Positions 25,231 to 38,272 of a stretch of 44,991 nt of DNA are shown here, one piece after another (within the stretch, counting starts at the first letter, position 1; each line of letters starts with the position of its first letter). The DNA is from Chiloscyllium plagiosum (Eukaryota). Both the position numbers and the translations under genes were made by a program. Location of the stretch: contig NC_057749.1 of assembly GCF_004010195.1 (NCBI RefSeq), forward strand, positions 17,843,597 through 17,888,587, read 5' to 3'. Below the pieces are notes generated by a model that was not told the DNA's origin, searched no databases, and was given only the letters and a program-made list of their open reading frames with translations.

Positions 25231-26454
25231 GTCCAGTGTCTCAGTCCATGCGAGAACAATCAATGCTTAGGAAGACCACGTGAGGGAGCTAGATTGCCCT
25301 GGTCTGTCAGTCCCCCCCACTCAGATCATTACTGTGTTCATTCCCCTGTGTGGAGATATTTCCCAAACACCGTGCTCGGAGATGGTGAACCAGGTGGAGT
25401 CAAACCGCTGCACCACAAGAACACTGTTTCCCCCCTCCCCCCGTCCCGAGTGATGTCGATCGAGGATGAGGGATGGAGCTGGGATAAATCACCTTGCAGA
25501 GACCCCCTGATTTATCTGTTTATCTCATGGTGATTGATGCAAGCTCCAAATTTTCTTATTCCCTGTTCCTTGCCCTCACTATCTCTTCCCTCCCCAAATC
25601 CCTTGCTGTCCCACAATCAGGCAGAAAGGTTTCCAATGACAGGGATAGCAATGGCCAAACCTCCACCCACACTCACATCCTGCAATGGTTACACAATGTT
25701 TATCCAAAGAAGAGATATGTGTGTGTGTGTGTGTAGGGGGATGGGAGAGAAGAGGGTGGGGGAAGGGGGAGGGAGGAGAGTGAGGGGCGCTGGTCTCTGT
25801 GTATGTGTGTGTGGGGGTGGGGGGGCAGTGGTGGGGGGAGCTGGTGTGCGTGCTGCATAGCTCTGACTCCTTGAACCTCGGCAGGGCTGGGAGATGTGCG
25901 TGCCTTCCTCCTGCAGCAATGAAACCAAGGGGGAGGGCTGAAGGGGACGTTCGCGGTTATGAATGTTGCATTCACCTCAATAAACAGTCCATCAGCCCCA
26001 CACTGAACAAACAAAGACAGAGAGAGAGAGAGAGATTAATTAGGGCATTTCATCACAAGTCCCAGGGGCATCAATAAGGGGAGACTCACACCAGCTTCAT
26101 TTAAAAATAAACTGGCTCAAACAGGATTGAGGCAAGGACACAGCACAGCCAAGTTTTCTGTGATTTGGTTTGTCTTTGTGAGCTCAGAGCCCAGCATGTT
26201 ACCTGAGGGAAATATTGGGTTGTAAAGTCTATACCGTGTATTGGTCCCTCTGTTGGAGCTGTCCTGGCACGCAGCAGCTGATAATGAACGGTTCTTCACC
26301 CATCAACCATCAGCTACACACTCAACAAGCTCACAGGCCGAATCACTGACCGTCCTCTCTGTGTCTCTATTCAGGACTGGAGACCTATTTATACCGAGGG
26401 GGAGTGAGAGGGTGAGTGGGGGAGTGTGAGGGTGAGTGTGAGGGAGTGAGAAGG

Positions 26455-26840
26455 NNNNNNNNNNNNNNNNNNNNNNNNNNNNNNNNNNNNNNNNNNNNNN
26501 NNNNNNNNNNNNNNNNNNNNNNNNNNNNNNNNNNNNNNNNNNNNNNNNNNNNNNNNNNNNNNNNNNNNNNNNNNNNNNNNNNNNNNNNNNNNNNNNNNNN
26601 NNNNNNNNNNNNNNNNNNNNNNNNNNNNNNNNNNNNNNNNNNNNNNNNNNNNNNNNNNNNNNNNNNNNNNNNNNNNNNNNNNNNNNNNNNNNNNNNNNNN
26701 NNNNNNNNNNNNNNNNNNNNNNNNNNNNNNNNNNNNNNNNNNNNNNNNNNNNNNNNNNNNNNNNNNNNNNNNNNNNNNNNNNNNNNNNNNNNNNNNNNNN
26801 NNNNNNNNNNNNNNNNNNNNNNNNNNNNNNNNNNNNNNNN
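26455..26840. other. Assembly gap flanked by GTGAG(G)-type simple repeats
   Basis: Run of N. Confidence 1.
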
Positions 26841-27831
26841 GATTAATTGAGTGAGTGAATGAGGGAGGAATTGAGTGAGTGACAGAGGGGGACAGTGGCT
26901 ATGGAGTGTGTTACTCAATGGGCGTTTGCCCTGGGCCTTTGCCAGCTGGTGTAGCTGGGTGACAGACTGCTCAGTGCAAAGACAGTATCACAAACTGACT
27001 GGACCAATCTCATCATCTCTCCCTCCTTCCACTCTCAGCCCTTTGGGTACCTCTCCCTGTTCTCCGTCCCCCACCCTGCCAGTCTGGGGGAGGGGACAAT
27101 GCTCTTGTGGTTCAGTTTGTGGTAAGTGTTCACACTCAGGGCCTCGCACCATCACAGAATATTCCACCTGCTGACTCCCACTACCCAGGCCACAGGGCTT
27201 GTGCCTGTAGGTGCCAGCCCTGGTACACAGTGGAAACGGTAACTGCCTGCCCACATTGAAGATGTAACTCAAGGGCATCCCTCCAAAACGGCATTGTGTG
27301 GGAAAGATGGACCAGGAGCCCTTCACAAATATCAGCATGAAGGAGCACATCAGCCTGTGACCAAACCCAGGCCCAGGAATGTTCTCCTCAATGCTGCTGT
27401 AAACAGTCTAAAACCAGGAATACCATCTCACACTGGGATTCGGCAGGTTCACTGACATCAGTGTCAAACCATCTCATGGCTAACAAATGGAAAGAAACCC
27501 TTTCTGTTGTTGTTGGACCAGGTGTAATAATGACAGTAATAATAGTAATAATCATCAGTCAGTTGTTACCCTCAACAGGACAATGCCAGTCCAGGACCTT
27601 GCTCCCACTCCCACACCCCCCACCCCGACCTGAAGGAGCTGTGAAGGGGGAAGGTCCACACCAGCATTGATCATAAACCCCTCCATCAACCCACTGCACT
27701 CCCCTGATCAGACTCAACTTTCCATTTCCTGGCGTTTGGGGTCCCAGGGGACCCAGGGGTACTGTCTCCACACAGACATTGTCCAGATTCCCAGCTAGTT
27801 CCAGTGGTCAATCAACAGGAGCTACTCAGGG

Positions 27832-28169
27832 CAGGCCAGGCCAGGCCAGACCAAACCAGGCCAGGCCAGGCCAGACCAAACCAGGCCAGGCCAAGCCAGA
27901 CCAGGCCAAGCCAGACCAAACCAAACCATGCCAGGCTAGGCCAGACCAAACCAGGCCAGGCTAGGCCAGACCAAACCAGGCCAGGCCAGCCCAGGCCAGG
28001 CCAAGCCAGACCAAACCAAACCATGCCAGGCTAGGCCAGACCAAACCAGGCCAGGCTAGTCCAGACCAAACCAGGCCAGGCCAGCCCAGGCCAGGCCAAG
28101 CCAGACCAAACCAAACCAGGCCAGGCTTGGCCAGACCAAACCAAACCAGGCCTGGCCAGCCCAGGCCAG
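27832..28169. repeat. Pentanucleotide repeat (CCAGG with CCAGA/CCAAA/CCAAG/CTAGG variants)
   Basis: Direct reading. Confidence 0.95.
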
Positions 28170-28499
28170 TGCCCAGCAATCCTGGAGCGCACTTGGAACT
28201 GTGGGCAACTCACCTGCACACGGAGCAATGAAGTGGAAATGTTGAACTTGTTCAAGAGTTAAACTGAACTGGCTCTTTTTTCCAAACAAGAGGACCCTCC
28301 AATTCTGGGTCACGTTCCTGCTCTGTCTCTCTCCCTCATTCATAACAACCTGCATTTCGATAGCACCTCCCAAAACCCCAGTGCAACCTTCCAAGGTGCC
28401 TCACAGGAGAGATACATGATGAGATGTTAGGGTGGGTAAGCCAAAGCTGAGCCAATAGGATCAGTTTTAAACGATGCCATCAAGGAACGGAGACTGTTC

Positions 28500-28740
28500 T
28501 GGACCTGAGGAATGGCCTGAGCAACTCGTCGACCCTTCTTTATACATTTACCCCCTCTCAGTCGCCTTTACTCCAAGGGACATAACACCCAAGGGGATGT
28601 TAAGATCTCTATCGTTGTTTTCAAACTATTCTCCATGCCTCAGCCTCTCCATCCCTTTCATCTCCTCCAACATCCCAACCTCCAAGAGCTCCTCCAATTC
28701 TGGCCTTTGGATCATTTGCCGATTGCCGTCGCCTTACCAT
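28500..28740 (+). mobile_element. L2-type LINE ORF2 C-terminal fragment
   Basis: Remnants VKISIVVFK and SSSNSGLW resemble the L2 motif FKILILVFKSLHG.AP.YL...RSSNSGLL. The sequence runs directly into the 21-bp array. The comparison motif is recalled, not searched. Confidence 0.55.
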
Positions 28741-31700
28741 GGATGACCATCTCCCTACCATTGATGACCATCGCCCTGCCATTGGTGACCATCTCCCTAC
28801 CATTTGTGACCATCGTCCTGCCATTGATGACCATCGTCCTACCATTGGTGACCATCGCCCTTCCATTGATGACCATCACCCTGTCATTGATGACCATCTC
28901 CCTGCCATTGAGGACCATCGCCCTACCATTGAGGACCATCTACTTACCATCGATGATCATCGCCCTACCATTGCCGACCATCGCCTTACCATTATGACCA
29001 TCTCCCTACCATTGGTGACCATCGCCCTGCATTGGCGACCATCGCCCTACCATTGATGAACATTGCCCTGCCATTGATGACTATTGCCCGATCATTGGTG
29101 ACCATTACCCTTCCATTGATGACCATCATCATACAATTGTGACCATCGCCCTACCATTGGTTACCATTCCGTGCCATTGGTGACCATCACCCTGCCATTG
29201 TGGACCATTACCCTAACATTGGTGACCATCACCCTATAATTGGTGACCTTTACCGTGCCATTGATGACCATCTCACTACCATTGGTGACCATTGCCATGC
29301 CATTGATGGCCATCGCCCTGCCATTTGTGACCATCGCCCTGCCATTGGTGACCATTGCCCTACCATTGACGACCATCTCCCTTCCACTGGTGACCATCCA
29401 CTTACCATTGATGATCATCGCCCTATCATTGACGACCATCTCCCTTCCATTGGTGACCATCCACTTATCATTGATAATCATCGCCCTACCATTGACGACC
29501 ATCTCCCTTCCATTGGTGACCATCTTCCTACCATTGATGACCATAGCCCTGCCATTGATGGCCATCGTCCTACGATTGGTGACCATCACCCTTCCATTGA
29601 CGACAATCACTCTGCCATTGGGGACCATCGCTCTAACATTGGTGACCAGGACCCTTCCATTGATGACCATCGCACTACCATTGATTACCATCGCCCTACC
29701 ATTGATTACCATCATCCTACCATTATTGAACATCACCCTGGCATTGGTGATGATCACCCTGCCTTGGTGTCCATCACCCTACCATTGATGACCATCTCCC
29801 TACCATTGGTGACCATCGCCCTGCCATTGGTGACCATCCCCCTACTATTGGTGACCATCGGCCTACCATTGGTGAACATCACCCTACCATTGATGACCAT
29901 TGCCCTGCCATTGGTGACCATCGCCCTACCATTGTGACCATCGGCCTACTATTGGTGACCATCATCCTACCACTGATGACCATTGCCTTACCATTGGTGA
30001 ACATCACCCTACCATTGATGACCATTGGTGACCATGACCCTACCATTGATGACCATTACCCTACCTTTGGTGACCACCGCCCTACGATTGATGACCATCA
30101 CCCTACCATTGATGACCATCACCCTACCATTGGTGACCATCTCCCTCCCATTGTGGACCATTGCCCAAACATTGATGTTCATCACCCTGCCATTAATGAC
30201 CATGTCGCTCCCATTGTGGACCATTGCCCTAACATTGATGACCATCACCCTGCCATTGATGACCATCGCCCTACCATTGATGACCATCGCCCTACCATTG
30301 GTGACCATCACCCTACCATTGATAACTATCGCCCTACCATTGGTGACCATCACCCTACCATTGATAACCATCGCCCTACCATTGATGACCATCACCCTGC
30401 CATTGATGACCATCGCCCTACCATTGATGACCATCACCCTGCCATTGGTGACCATCGCCATACCATTGTGGACCATTAGTTGAAACTTTATTGCTGGAAC
30501 AGCACAGCAGGTCAGGCAGCATCCAGGGAACAGGAGATTTGACGTTTCGGGCACAGGCCCTTCTTCAGGAATGAGCAGAGAGTGTTCAGCAGGAGAAGAT
30601 AAAAGGTAGGGAGGAGGGACTTGGAGGAGGGGAGTTGGAAATGGTTGGTCAACATGATTAGAAGGTTGTGGGGAGATTGAGGAGGCAGGGAGAGATCAAA
30701 TCATAGTGACGAGTAGGGTTTGGAGAAAGGTGGCCAATCACAGTGCAGGAACAGGTTCACTTGAGGGACCAGATGAGGTCCTGTTTCTGCTGTGTAGGGT
30801 TTTGATTTACAATCTGTAACTTGCTGATTTTAGGAGGTTTGAATCACTCCCATATCCCAAACACTTTGGAATTGCCCAAACATTGATGTTCATCACCCTG
30901 CCATTAATGACCATCTCGCTCCCATTGTGGACCATTGCCCTAACATTGATGACCATCACCCTGCCATTGGTGACCATCACCCTACCATTGATAACTATTG
31001 CCCTACCATTGGTGACCATTACCCTACCATTGATAACCATCGCCCTACCATTGATGACCATCACCCTGCCATTGGTGACCATCGCCATACCATTGTGGAC
31101 CATTACCCTACCATTGATGACCATCGCCCTGCCATTTGTGACCATCACCCTGCCATTGGTGACCATCACCCTGCCATTTGTGACCATTGCCCTGCCATTG
31201 GTGACCATCGCCCTAACATTGGTAACCAGCGACCTACCATTGATGACCATCACCCTACCATTGACGACCATCTCCCTTCCATTGGTGACCATCCACTTAC
31301 CATTGATTACCATCTCCCTACAATTGGTGACCATCACCCTACCATTGACGACCTTTGCCCTACCATTGATGACCATCGCCCTAACATTGGTGACCAGCGC
31401 CCTACCATTGATGACCATCGCCCTACGATTGATGACCATCGCCCTGCCATTGGTGACCAACTCCCTACCATTGGTGACCATCTCCCTACCATTGATGACC
31501 ATAGCCCTGCCAATGATGACCTTCACCCTACCATTGGTGACCATCACCCTGCCATTGGTGAACATTGCCCTGCATTGGTGACCATCGCCTGACCATTGGT
31601 GACCATCTCCTTACCACTGGGGACCATCGCCCTAACATTGGTGACCATCACCCTTCCATTGTTGAACATCACCCTGGCATTGGTGACGATCACCATACCA

Positions 31701-34700
31701 TTGTGACCATCGCCCTACCATTGGTGACCATCACCCTACCATTGTTGAACATCACCCTGGCATTGGTGACGATCACCCTGCCATGGTGTCCATCACCCTA
31801 CCATTGGTGACCATCGCCCTGCATTGGTGACCTTCGCCCTATGATTGATGACTATCGCCCTAACATTGGGGAACATTGCCCTTCCATTGATGACCATCGT
31901 CCTACCATTGGAGACCATCGCCCTGCCATTGATGACCATCACCCTGCCATTGGTGATATCGCCCTACCATTGGTGACCTTCTCCCTACCATTGGTGACCA
32001 TCACCCTGCCATTGGTGACCATCGCCCTACCATTGATGATCATCACCCTGCCATTGGTGTCCATTTCCCTACCATTGGTGACCAGTGCCCTACCATTGAT
32101 GACCATCAGCCTATCATCGGTCACCATCACCCTACCATTGGGGACCATCTCCGTACCATTGGTGACCTTCTCCCTACCATTGGTGACCATCACCCAACCA
32201 TTGGTGACCATCATCCTGCCATTGGTGACCATCGCCCTACCATTGGTGACCATCGCCCTACCATTGATGACCATTTCCCTACCATTGGTGACCATCGTCC
32301 TACCATTGGTGACCATGACCCTACCATTGATGACCATCGCCCTACCATTGGTGATCAACGCCCTGAAACTGATGACCATCACCCTACCATTGGTGACCAT
32401 TGCCCTGCCATTGGTTACCATCGCCCTACCATTGGTGACCATCACCCTATCCTTGATGACCATTGCCCTACCATTGGTGACCATTGCCCAACCATTAGTG
32501 ACCATTGCCCTACCATTGATGACCATCACCCTACCTTTGGTGACCATCTTCCTACCATTGGTGACCATCGCCCTACCATTGATGACCATCGCCTTGCCAT
32601 TGGTGACCACCACCCAGCCATTGATGGCCATTGTCCTACCATTGGTGACCATTACCATGCCATTGATGACAATTGCACTACCGTTGGTGACCATCACCCT
32701 GCCATTGATGACCATTGCCCTACCATTGGTGACCATTGCCCTACCATTGATGACCATCTCCCTACAATTGATGACCATATCCCTACCATTGGTGACCATC
32801 GCCCTACCATTGGTTACCATCGCCCTACCATTGGTGACCATCACCCTACCATTGTTGAACATCACCCTGGCATTGGTGACGATCATCCTGCCATGGTGTC
32901 CATCACCCTACCATTGGTGACCATCTCCCTACCATTGATGACCATCGCCCTGCCATTGGTGACCATCGCCCTGCCATTGGTGACCATCGCCCTATGATTA
33001 ATGACCATCGCCCTGCCATTGGTGACCATCGCCCTATGATTGATGACTATCGCCCTAACATTGGGGAACATTGCCCTGCCATTGATGATCATTGTCCTAC
33101 CATTGGTGACCATCGCCTTGCCATTGGTGACCATCACCCTACCATTGGTGACCATCTCCCTACCATTGGTGACCATCACCCTGCCATTGATGACCATTGC
33201 CCTGCCATTGGTGACCATCGCCCTACGATTGATGACCATCACCCAACCATTGGTGACCATTGCCCTACCATTGATGACCATCGCTCTACCATTGATGACC
33301 ATCGCCCTGCCATTGGTGACCATCGCCCTGCCATTGGTGACCATCACCCTACCATTGATGACCATAACCATGCCATTGATGACCATCGCCATACCATTGG
33401 TGACCATTACCATGCCATTGATGACAATTGCACTACCGTTGGTAACCATCACCCTACCATTGGTGGCCATTGCCCTACAATTGATTACCATTACCCTACC
33501 ATTGGTGACCATCTCCCTTCCATTGTGGACCATTGCGCTACCATTGATGACCATCACCCTACCATTGATGACCATTGCCCTACCATTGGTGACCATTACC
33601 ATGCCATTGATGACAATTGCACTACCATTAGTGACCATCGCCCTGTCATTGGTGACCATCGCCCTATGATTGATGACCATCGCCTTGCCATTGGTGACCA
33701 TCACCCTATGATTGATGACTATCGCCCTAACATTGGGGAACATTGCCCTGCCATTGACGACCATCGTCCTATCATTGGTGACCATCGCCCTGCCATTGGT
33801 GACCATCACCCTACCATTGGTGACCATCTCCCTACCATTGGTGACCATCACCCTGCCATTGATGACCATCGCCCTGCCGTTGGTGACCATCGCCCTACGA
33901 TTGATGACCATCACCCAACCATTGGTGACCATTGCCCTACCATTGATGACCATCGCTCTATCATTGATGACCATCACCCTACCATTGGTGACCATCTCCC
34001 TACCATTGTGGACCATTGCCCTATCATTGATGACCATCACCCTACCATTTATGACCATTGCCCTACCATTGATGACCATTGCCCTACCATTGATGACCAT
34101 CACCCTACTTTTGGTGACCATCTTCCTACCATTGGTGACCATCGCCCTACTATTGGTGACCATCGCCATACCATTGATGACCATCACCCTACCATTGGTG
34201 ACCATTGCCCTGCCATTGGTTACCATCGCCCTACCATTGGTGACCATCACCCTAACATTGATGACCATTGCCCTATCATTGGTGACCATCACCCTACCTT
34301 TGGTGACCACCGCCCTACGATTGATGACCATCACCCTACCATTGATGACCATCACCCTACCATTGGTGACCATCTCCCTCCCATTGTGGACCATTGCCCA
34401 AACATTGATGTTCATCACCCTGCCATTAATGACCATTGCCCTACCATTGATGACCATCACCCTACCTTTGGTGACCATCTTCCTACCATTGGTGACCATC
34501 GCCCTACCATTGATGACCATCGCCTTGCCATTGGTGACCACCACCCAGCCATTGATGGCCATTGTCCTACCATTGGTGACCATTACCATGCCATTGATGA
34601 CAATTGCACTACCGTTGGTGACCATCACCCTACCATTGGTGACCATTACCCTACCATTGATAACTATCGCCCTACCATTGGTGACCATTATCATCCCATT

Positions 34701-36093
34701 GATGACAATTGCATTATCGTTGGTGACCATCACCCTACCATTGATGACCATCACCCTACCATTGGTGACCATCACCCTACCATTGATAACCATCGCCCTA
34801 CCATTGATGGGCATTACCATGCCATTGTTGACAATTGCACTACCGTTGGTGACCATCACCCTATCATTGATGACCATTACCCTACCATTGGTGACCATCT
34901 CCCTACCATTATGGACCATTGCCCTACCATTGATGACCATTGCACTACCATTTATGACCATCACCCTACCTTTGGTGACCATCTTCCTACCATTGGTGAC
35001 CATCGCCCTGCCATTGGTGACCATCACCCTACCATTGATGACCATAACCATGCCATTGATGACCATCGCCCTACCATTGGTGACCATTACCAAACCATTG
35101 ATGACAATTGCACTACCGTTGGTGACCATCACCCTACCATTGGTGACCATTGCCCTACAATTGATGACCATTACCCTACCATTGGTGACCATCTCCCTAC
35201 CATTGTGGATCATTGCCCTACCATTGATGACCATCACCCTACCATTGATGACCATTGCCCTACCATTGGTGACCATTACCATGCCATTGATGACAATTGC
35301 ACTACCATTAGTGACCATCGCCCTGCCATTGGTGACCATCGCCCTATGATTGATGACCATTGCCTTGCCATTGGTGACCATCGTCCTACCATTGGTGACC
35401 ATTGCCCTGCCATTGGTGACCATCACCCTACCATTGGTGACCATCTCCCTACCATTGGTGACCATCACCCTGCCATTGATGATCATCGCCCTGCTGTTGG
35501 TGACCATCGCCCTACGATTGATGACCATCACCCAACCATTGGTGACCATTGCCCTACCATTGATGACCATCGCTCTATCATTGATGACCATCGCCCTGCC
35601 ATTGGTGACCATCTCCCTGCCATTGGTGACCATCACCTTAACATTGATGACCATAGCCCTGCCATTGATGACCAGCGCCCTACCATTGGTGACCATTACC
35701 ATGCCATTGATGACAATTGCACTACCGTTGGTGACCATCACCCTACCATTGATAACCATCACCCTACCATTGGTGACCATCACCCTACCATTGATGACCA
35801 TCACCCTACCATTGGTGACCATCACCCTACCATTGATAACCATCGCCCAACCATTGATGACCATTGTCCTACCATTGTTCACCGTCGCCCTACCATTGTT
35901 GACCATCGCCCTGCCATTGGTGACAATCACTCTGCCATTGGTGTCTATTGCCCTACCATTGATGACCAACTCCCTACCATTGGTGACCATTGCCCTATCA
36001 TTGATGACCATCGCCATACCATTCGTGACCAACTCCCTACCATTGGTGACCATCGCCCTGCCATTGATGACCATCGGCCTATCATTGGTGACC
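28727..36093. repeat. 21-bp tandem array (consensus CCATTG(G/A)TGACCATC(G/A)CCCT(A/G)), ~330 units, interrupted at 30478-30870
   Basis: Direct periodicity of 21 bp, giving heptad ORFs LPLVTIA, DHRPTIG and antisense GRAMVTN. Confidence 0.98.
30478..30645 (-). mobile_element. PLE 3' fragment with hammerhead motif, inside the 21-bp array
   Basis: Minus strand reads CTCATTC-CTGAAGA-A-GGGC-CTGT-GCCC-GAAA-CGTC-AAAT...GATGCTGCCTGACCTGCTGTGCTGTTCCAGC. Confidence 0.85.
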
Positions 36094-36846
36094 AAAATGC
36101 TACCCACTAGGCAGCTAATCTTCTGTTCCCTGGAGCCTGGCTTGAGAGCTCTCACAGCCAGAAAGGCCGTGACAAAGTTTCAGACAGGGAGTTCCAGTGA
36201 GGGCTGGTGATGGGGGTGCCAAGGCGCTTGAGGGAGTTGGTCCTCTCTGGCCCCACTGTAGCTGAGATTAACTGGAGAGAGTCCGCTGTTCAGCCACAGA
36301 GAGATTAAAATCACAGCCAACTGACTGCAGTTACACTTGGTGTCTTGCTGAATTTTGAGCCGTGAATTATCAGGGATTTCATTCGGGCAATCTTGAGGTT
36401 TCTGAATGAAAAATGAGTCTCTTTGTGGAAGATTCTGCAACAGAATCAAGCTGAGCCTGGGTGTTATTTATCAAAGGGAGCTCGGATCACAGAGTGAAAT
36501 AAAAATATCCTGTGAGCTTTGATTACAGTGTCTGTGAAAGGGAGATGACACAGTGTGGGAGAACTGCCTGCGACACAATGGGTGCTCCATTTAACCCTTC
36601 AGGTATCACTCAAGCTGAACACCTCAGCCCAGGATTGCTCTCCATCCCCCTCCCCACCCAGACCTCTGACATGGCCTCGTTTACCCCACCTCACCCCCAT
36701 TCTAGCAAGAAACTGGCAACTGCCATAGATCCCTCCCAAAGGCAGTTACGGCGAGGTGAATGAATTGAGGGGATCAAATGGTGGGACTTTCTGATTTGGA
36801 ATAATCTGACACGATGGGCCAAGCCAAACAGGCAACTGAACCTTAA

Positions 36847-38272
36847 CACCCAGCCTCTGACAGGAACTGCACGCTGTACCCAGCCTCTGACAGGAACCGC
36901 ACACTGTACCCAGCCTCTGACAGGAACCGCACGCTGTACTCCGCCTCTGACAGGAACTCCAAGCTGTACCCCATCTCTGACAGGAATCCAACACTGTACC
37001 CAGCCTCTGACAGGAACCCCACACTGTACCCAGCCTCTGACAGGAACCCCACACTGTACCCAGAGTCAGACAGGAACCTCATGCTGTACCCCGTCTCTGA
37101 CAGGAACACCACACCATGTCCAGCCTCTGACACGAACCTCACGCTGTACCCAGCCTCTGACAGGAACCGCACACTGTACCCAGAGTCAGACAGGAACCTC
37201 ACGCTGTACCCCGTCTCTGACAGGAACACCACACCATGTCCAGCCTCTGACACGAACCTCACGCTGTGCACAGCCTCTGACAGGAACCCCACACTGTACC
37301 CCGTCTCTGACAGGAACCCCACATTGTACCCAGCCTCTCACAGGAACCGCACACTGTACCCAGAGCCAGACAGGAACCTCACGCTGTACCCAGCCTCTGA
37401 CAGGAACCATACACTGTACCCAGAGTCAGACAGGAACCCCACACTGTACCCATCCTCTGGCAGGAACCCCACACTGTACCCAGTCTCTGACAGGAACCCC
37501 ATGCTGTACCCAGCCTCTGACAGGAACCCCATGCTGTACCCAGCCTCTGACAGGAGCCCCACACTGTACCCAGAGTCAGACAGGAGCCCCACACTGTATC
37601 CAGTCTCTGACAGGAACCCCACACTGTACCCAGCCTCTGACAGGAACCCCATGCTGTACCCAGCTTCCAACAGGAACTGCACGCTGTACCCAGCCTCTGA
37701 CAGGAACCCCACGCTGTACCCAGAGTCAGACAGGAGCCCCACACTGTATCCAGTCTCTGACAGGAACCCCACACTGTACCCAGAGTCAGACAGGAACCGC
37801 ACGCTGTATCCCGTCTCTGACAGGAGGCCCACGCTGTACACCGTCTCTGTCAGCAACCGCACACTGTACCCAGCCTCTGACAGGAACCCCACGCTGTACC
37901 CACTGTCAGACAGGAACCCCACACTGTACCCAGCCTCTGACAGGAACCCCTCGCTGTACCCAGAGTCAGACAGGAACCCCACACTGTACCCCATCTCTGA
38001 CAGCAACTGCACACTGTACCCAGAGTCAGACAGGAGCCCCACACAGTACCCAGTCTCTGACAGGAACCCCACACTGTACCCAGAGTCAGACAGGAACCCC
38101 ACGCTGTACCCAGAGTCAGACAGGAACCCCACGCTGTACCCCATCTCTGACAGCAACCGCACACTGTACCCAGAGTCAGACAGGAACACCACACTGTACC
38201 CAATCTCTGACAGGAACCCCACACCGTGCCCAGTCTCTGACAGGAACCCCAAGCTGTACTCAGTCTCTGAAT
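36847..38272. repeat. 30-bp tandem array (ACACTGTACCCAGCCTCTGACAGGAACCCC), ~47 units
   Basis: Exact 30-bp register throughout, with no indels visible. Confidence 0.98.

Noticed and set aside
21365..26918. ORFs containing X runs
   Set aside because: Artefacts of reading through assembly gaps.
27779..28394. GQARP / WPGLA repeat ORFs
   Set aside because: Translations of a pentanucleotide microsatellite.
29161..36210. LPLVTIA heptad ORFs as leucine-zipper or membrane proteins
   Set aside because: They are translations of the 21-bp unit, broken by TGA stops and frameshifts, and have a Pro every seven residues.
28727..38272. CRISPR-like arrays
   Set aside because: Units are head-to-tail with no unique spacers, there are no cas genes, and the context is vertebrate-type repeats.
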